Below the pieces are notes generated by a model, which saw only the letters and a program-made list of their open reading frames with translations, was not told the origin of the DNA and searched no databases. From Callorhinchus milii (taxonomy: Eukaryota): DNA of 64,000 nucleotides. This document shows positions 60,521 through 64,000 of the stretch, one piece after another (position 1 is the stretch's first letter; every line of letters begins with the position of its first letter). The stretch covers positions 13,952,001 through 14,016,000 of the forward strand of contig NW_024704743.1 in assembly GCF_018977255.1 (NCBI RefSeq). Reading direction: 5' to 3'. A program made the position numbers and the translations under genes.

Positions 60521-62231
60521 TAGCATTGGTGTACGTCTGGAAGGAAGAATTAGTTAATGAGAACAGAAGCAAGGATTAATTTTGAATTCCTCGCTGCACT
60601 GGGCTCTTGAACTGCACAAGTTGCTCTTGCAATTTTAATATCTTGTAGATTTCTGGAATATCACAAACAAAATATTTATAATTCTTACATTTTGATTTTC
60701 TTAAGATCATTTTCATCTAAACAAGGTGTCAACAGGTGGTGAATGATGATCAATAAATAATACAGCGAAGCATGTGGAAGTGCCTCAGTGTTGTAAAGGA
60801 ACACACTGGGAAGAAGCAAACACACATTTCTATCTCCTTCTCGCACAATTGCTCATTGGCTGACTTCCATTTACTTATTTTTCATCCCAAAAGAGAAACT
60901 GCTGTGGGAATTTGATCCCTTGTTCACACTACAGATATCATGTCCAGTTATTACCTACCTAAGAAAGTTCAGAGAGGTATAACTAGTGGGATGAAGGGAA
61001 TGTAAAACAAGCGGTAGACCAGCATTTGAAGGGCACAGGTGGAAGAATAGCACTTGAGAAGATGGCATCAGTAGGAAGGGGTGAGATTGTGAAGAGATTT
61101 TGAGTCAATCGTTCAGGGCACTAGAAGCCGGTGGTGCCTCCCGAGAAAAGTGGGTAACAGATGTGTGACCCCCGTGTCCGCAAAAATATATATGTTATAC
61201 GAATCTTAATCGAATCATCATCAAGATAACAGATAAGTTGGACTTGAGTCACTTTCTGCTTTTCTCTCTTTTTACAGTCATTTACCTGAGGCGGAGTTAC
61301 GGTCCAGAGTCTGACTCCACTCATCGCCTGATTTAATTCAAAGAGCTGCTGCACACTGGTATTTATTGCTGTCTGAGTCCCAAATAGCTGCTGCCTGCAT
61401 TTGATTTTGAGTCTCAGGATGTCTCAGCCATTCACTGAAAGTATGCAGTTAATGCAAAGCTGTTATCTACATGGCGAATCGAGGTCGGCAATGAAACTCA
61501 AGGGTATTTTACTGTAAGTGGAAATAGGTTATCCAACTACCATTAATGTTGGACTCCATTCCTGTCCGGTTATAGGGAGGTGGTGCACCTGTTCTGATTT
61601 TGTTACTTTTGCTTTCCTTGGCTGCCTTGTTGCATCCTGGTGACTTTCATTAATAGCCTATGAGTCATTGGGTATGGCACGCTTGCAATTATGTCAGATT
61701 GATTGGTATTGCTGCAATCTCAGCAATACCAAGTTGTAAGGTGTCAGCCAGCTCAAGATCTGCTGCGAGGCAACCCAGCTCCCCTCTAAAGTAAATTCTG
61801 TGATTATGCACTCCTGGTCCCAGTCAGGGATCTCCAGTCACCAAGCAGTTGAACCATTTCTAAGGGATGGAACAGGGTGAGGATTTCTCACTGTAGGTTA
61901 ACTAAAATGTAGAAGTTTTTTTTTCTATATGGGGAGAGTATTTTGACACATTATACTCTCCTTGGATCACAAGGGCGACCGTTCCAACCAATGTCACACT
62001 CAAGGATTACTCCTTTTGGCCCATTTGATCTAATTCTTATGCAGTATCCACCCAACTGCTGACTCAACGGAAACATCAAACTGGAAAACATCAATTACTG
62101 ATTTGTAGGTGAACTTCATGCAGGCCATGTATATTTCATTCCCCCCACCCCATGGTAGCCCACCGGGATGCAGAAAGGTCAATAACTTGGGTAAGCCACC
62201 TGAATAATGAAACCTGGCCCTCTATGACACA

Positions 62232-62425
62232 TAATAATAATTCTTCAATTTGATATAGCGCCTTATCACGTCTTCGAAATGTCTCAAAACGCTTCACAGA
62301 ATACACAGTAAAGTGAGTTGACTATATTCGTGTGGAGTAAGAAAACGTGTCCAACATTTTGCCCTGCCAGGAATTGAACACAAATCGCTCGCTTGCGAGG
62401 GAGTCATCTAACCATCAAGCTACAG
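62232..62425 (-). mobile_element. Short internally deleted SINE
   Basis: Head and tail of the young SINE family without the Deu segment. Confidence 0.75.
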
Positions 62426-62439
62426 ATGGTAGTTACAAT

Positions 62440-63172
62440 AACAATGCTGGCACTTGATATAACTCCTTATCACATTGTCGAGACTTCTCAAAGCGCTTCA
62501 CAGGATATACTATAAAGTGGATTGACAGTGGATTTTGTGGGTGAATGTGGCTGCCAGTTTGTGCACACACAATGTCCTACAAACAAATGGAGTGAGTGAC
62601 CAATTTTATTTGGGGGATTGTTGGCCAGGACACTTTGAGAAACTCCCTTCTCTTTTCGAATAGTGCCATGGGATCTTTAACGTCTACCTGAACAGGAGGA
62701 TGGGACCTCAGTTTAATAATAGTAATCCTTGCATTTGATATAGCGCTTTTCACGTCTTCGAGACGTCTCAAAACGCTTCACAGAATATACTGTAAAGTGA
62801 ATTGACTGTATATTTTGTGGGTGCAACGCGGCAGCCAATTGCGCACAACAGTGTCCCACAAACAGTAGTGGATTGAGTGACAAAATTATTATTATTTTTG
62901 TTTTCTTGTGGGATTATTATCAGGCAGGTGGAGTAAGGAAACTTGTCCATCAAACCTAGGTCTCTCGCTTGCGGGGCGAGTGCTCTAACCACTGAGCTAC
63001 AGGATTCCTTTTAACATCTCATCCAAAGGACGGCACCTCCGACAATGCAACACGCCTCCAGCACTGCATTGGAGTGTCATCTTAGAAGATGTAATTCCAA
63101 GTCCCATGTGGGGCTTGAATCCACAACCTTCTTACTCAGAGGCAAGAGTGCTACCACTGCATCAGGCTGACA
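62440..63172 (-). mobile_element. Older Deu-SINE interrupted by a young SINE (62715-63007)
   Basis: Old body breaks at gggacctcagtttaa and resumes at tttaacatctcatcc. Confidence 0.82.
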
Positions 63173-63644
63173 CACATAGTTATTTATAACTTATACATTA
63201 TAACTATTATATATTATGTATTATTACTTATAACTTATATATTATAATAGTTATAATACTGTAATATAAAATTGCTAACTACACAGAATAGTACTCTATA
63301 TTTCCATATGGGGTCACATCTCCGGTTATGCTTTTTCCTTATAAGATTCATATCACATCTATACAATGTATCCCAAATTTGCCTGAGACAACTGTTAACT
63401 TCACTAAAATGTCACGAGTGTAACCCCTGGAAGACCTTGCTTACACCCCAGCCCCCCAAAAGAAAAAATATTTTATGGTATTCATTTTATTGGGCTATGA
63501 ATGGCTGAGTGGACCCACTGGGATTTAAACCAGGTCCTAAATCAGACTGAACAGATTGAGCAAGTTAGGAAGGTTATAATTAAACCAGGTACAGTAAGCA
63601 CAATGTACCTCGACTATAAATAACTCTTTTTTTTTTCGACCTTT

Positions 63645-63772
63645 CTTTTCGACCGCGCCTTTGGTCACCTTCCCACCCCTCCCCCTGGCTCGGTCCCGGG
63701 ATCCTAAACTGTAAAGCGTTCTGAGACGCCGTCCGGCGTGGAGGGCGCTATATAAATCCAAGTTGTTGTTGT
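63645..63772 (+). mobile_element. L2 3' end (same family as 22914-24380)
   Basis: Near-identical reverse complement of 22914-23045, ending in (ttg)n. Confidence 0.88.
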
Positions 63773-63800
63773 ATAATTAGATGTTCCCCTGCTTCCCCGT

Positions 63801-64000
63801 GGAGTCCTGTAGCTCAGTGGTTAGAGCACTCGCTTTGTAAGCGAGAGACCTGAGTTCAATCCCAGGCAGAGGGGGAAACCTTGGGCAAGTTTCCTTACTC
63901 CACACAGAGCCTAATAATCCCTCCAAAACCAAAACAATAATAAATTGGTCATTTTCAATCCACGACTGTTTGTGGGACATTGCTGTGCGCAATTGGCTGC
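63801..64000 (+). mobile_element. tRNA-derived SINE, cut by window end
   Basis: ggagtcctgtagctcagtggttagagc head, B-box gagttcaatcc, Deu segment. Confidence 0.92.

Overview
Eukaryotic (vertebrate) genomic DNA. The repeat content (Deu-domain tRNA-SINEs, L2 and CR1 LINEs, a Penelope-type fragment) suggests a cartilaginous fish, possibly a chimaera; that is inference. The main feature is the 5' part of GOLGA4 (golgin-245) on the minus strand. I reconstructed 15 coding exons by hand from the ATG at 46812 down to 2412. All have GT-AG boundaries and consistent phases (1893 nt, 631 aa), and the gene runs off the left edge. Exon 1 sits in a ~320-bp GC/CpG-rich island between a C-rich minisatellite in intron 1 and ~5.3 kb of stacked purine-rich tandem arrays upstream. 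The rest is intronic or intergenic, with a 3.3-kb decayed CR1, a 1.5-kb young L2, a deleted Tigger/pogo transposon, two MITEs and many SINEs. I found no convincing new multi-gene system. The most unusual signals are the repeat-embedded promoter, a 67-bp-arm hairpin at 33424-33594, two symmetric cassette-type exons, a candidate distal alternative first exon and apparently chimeric SINEs.
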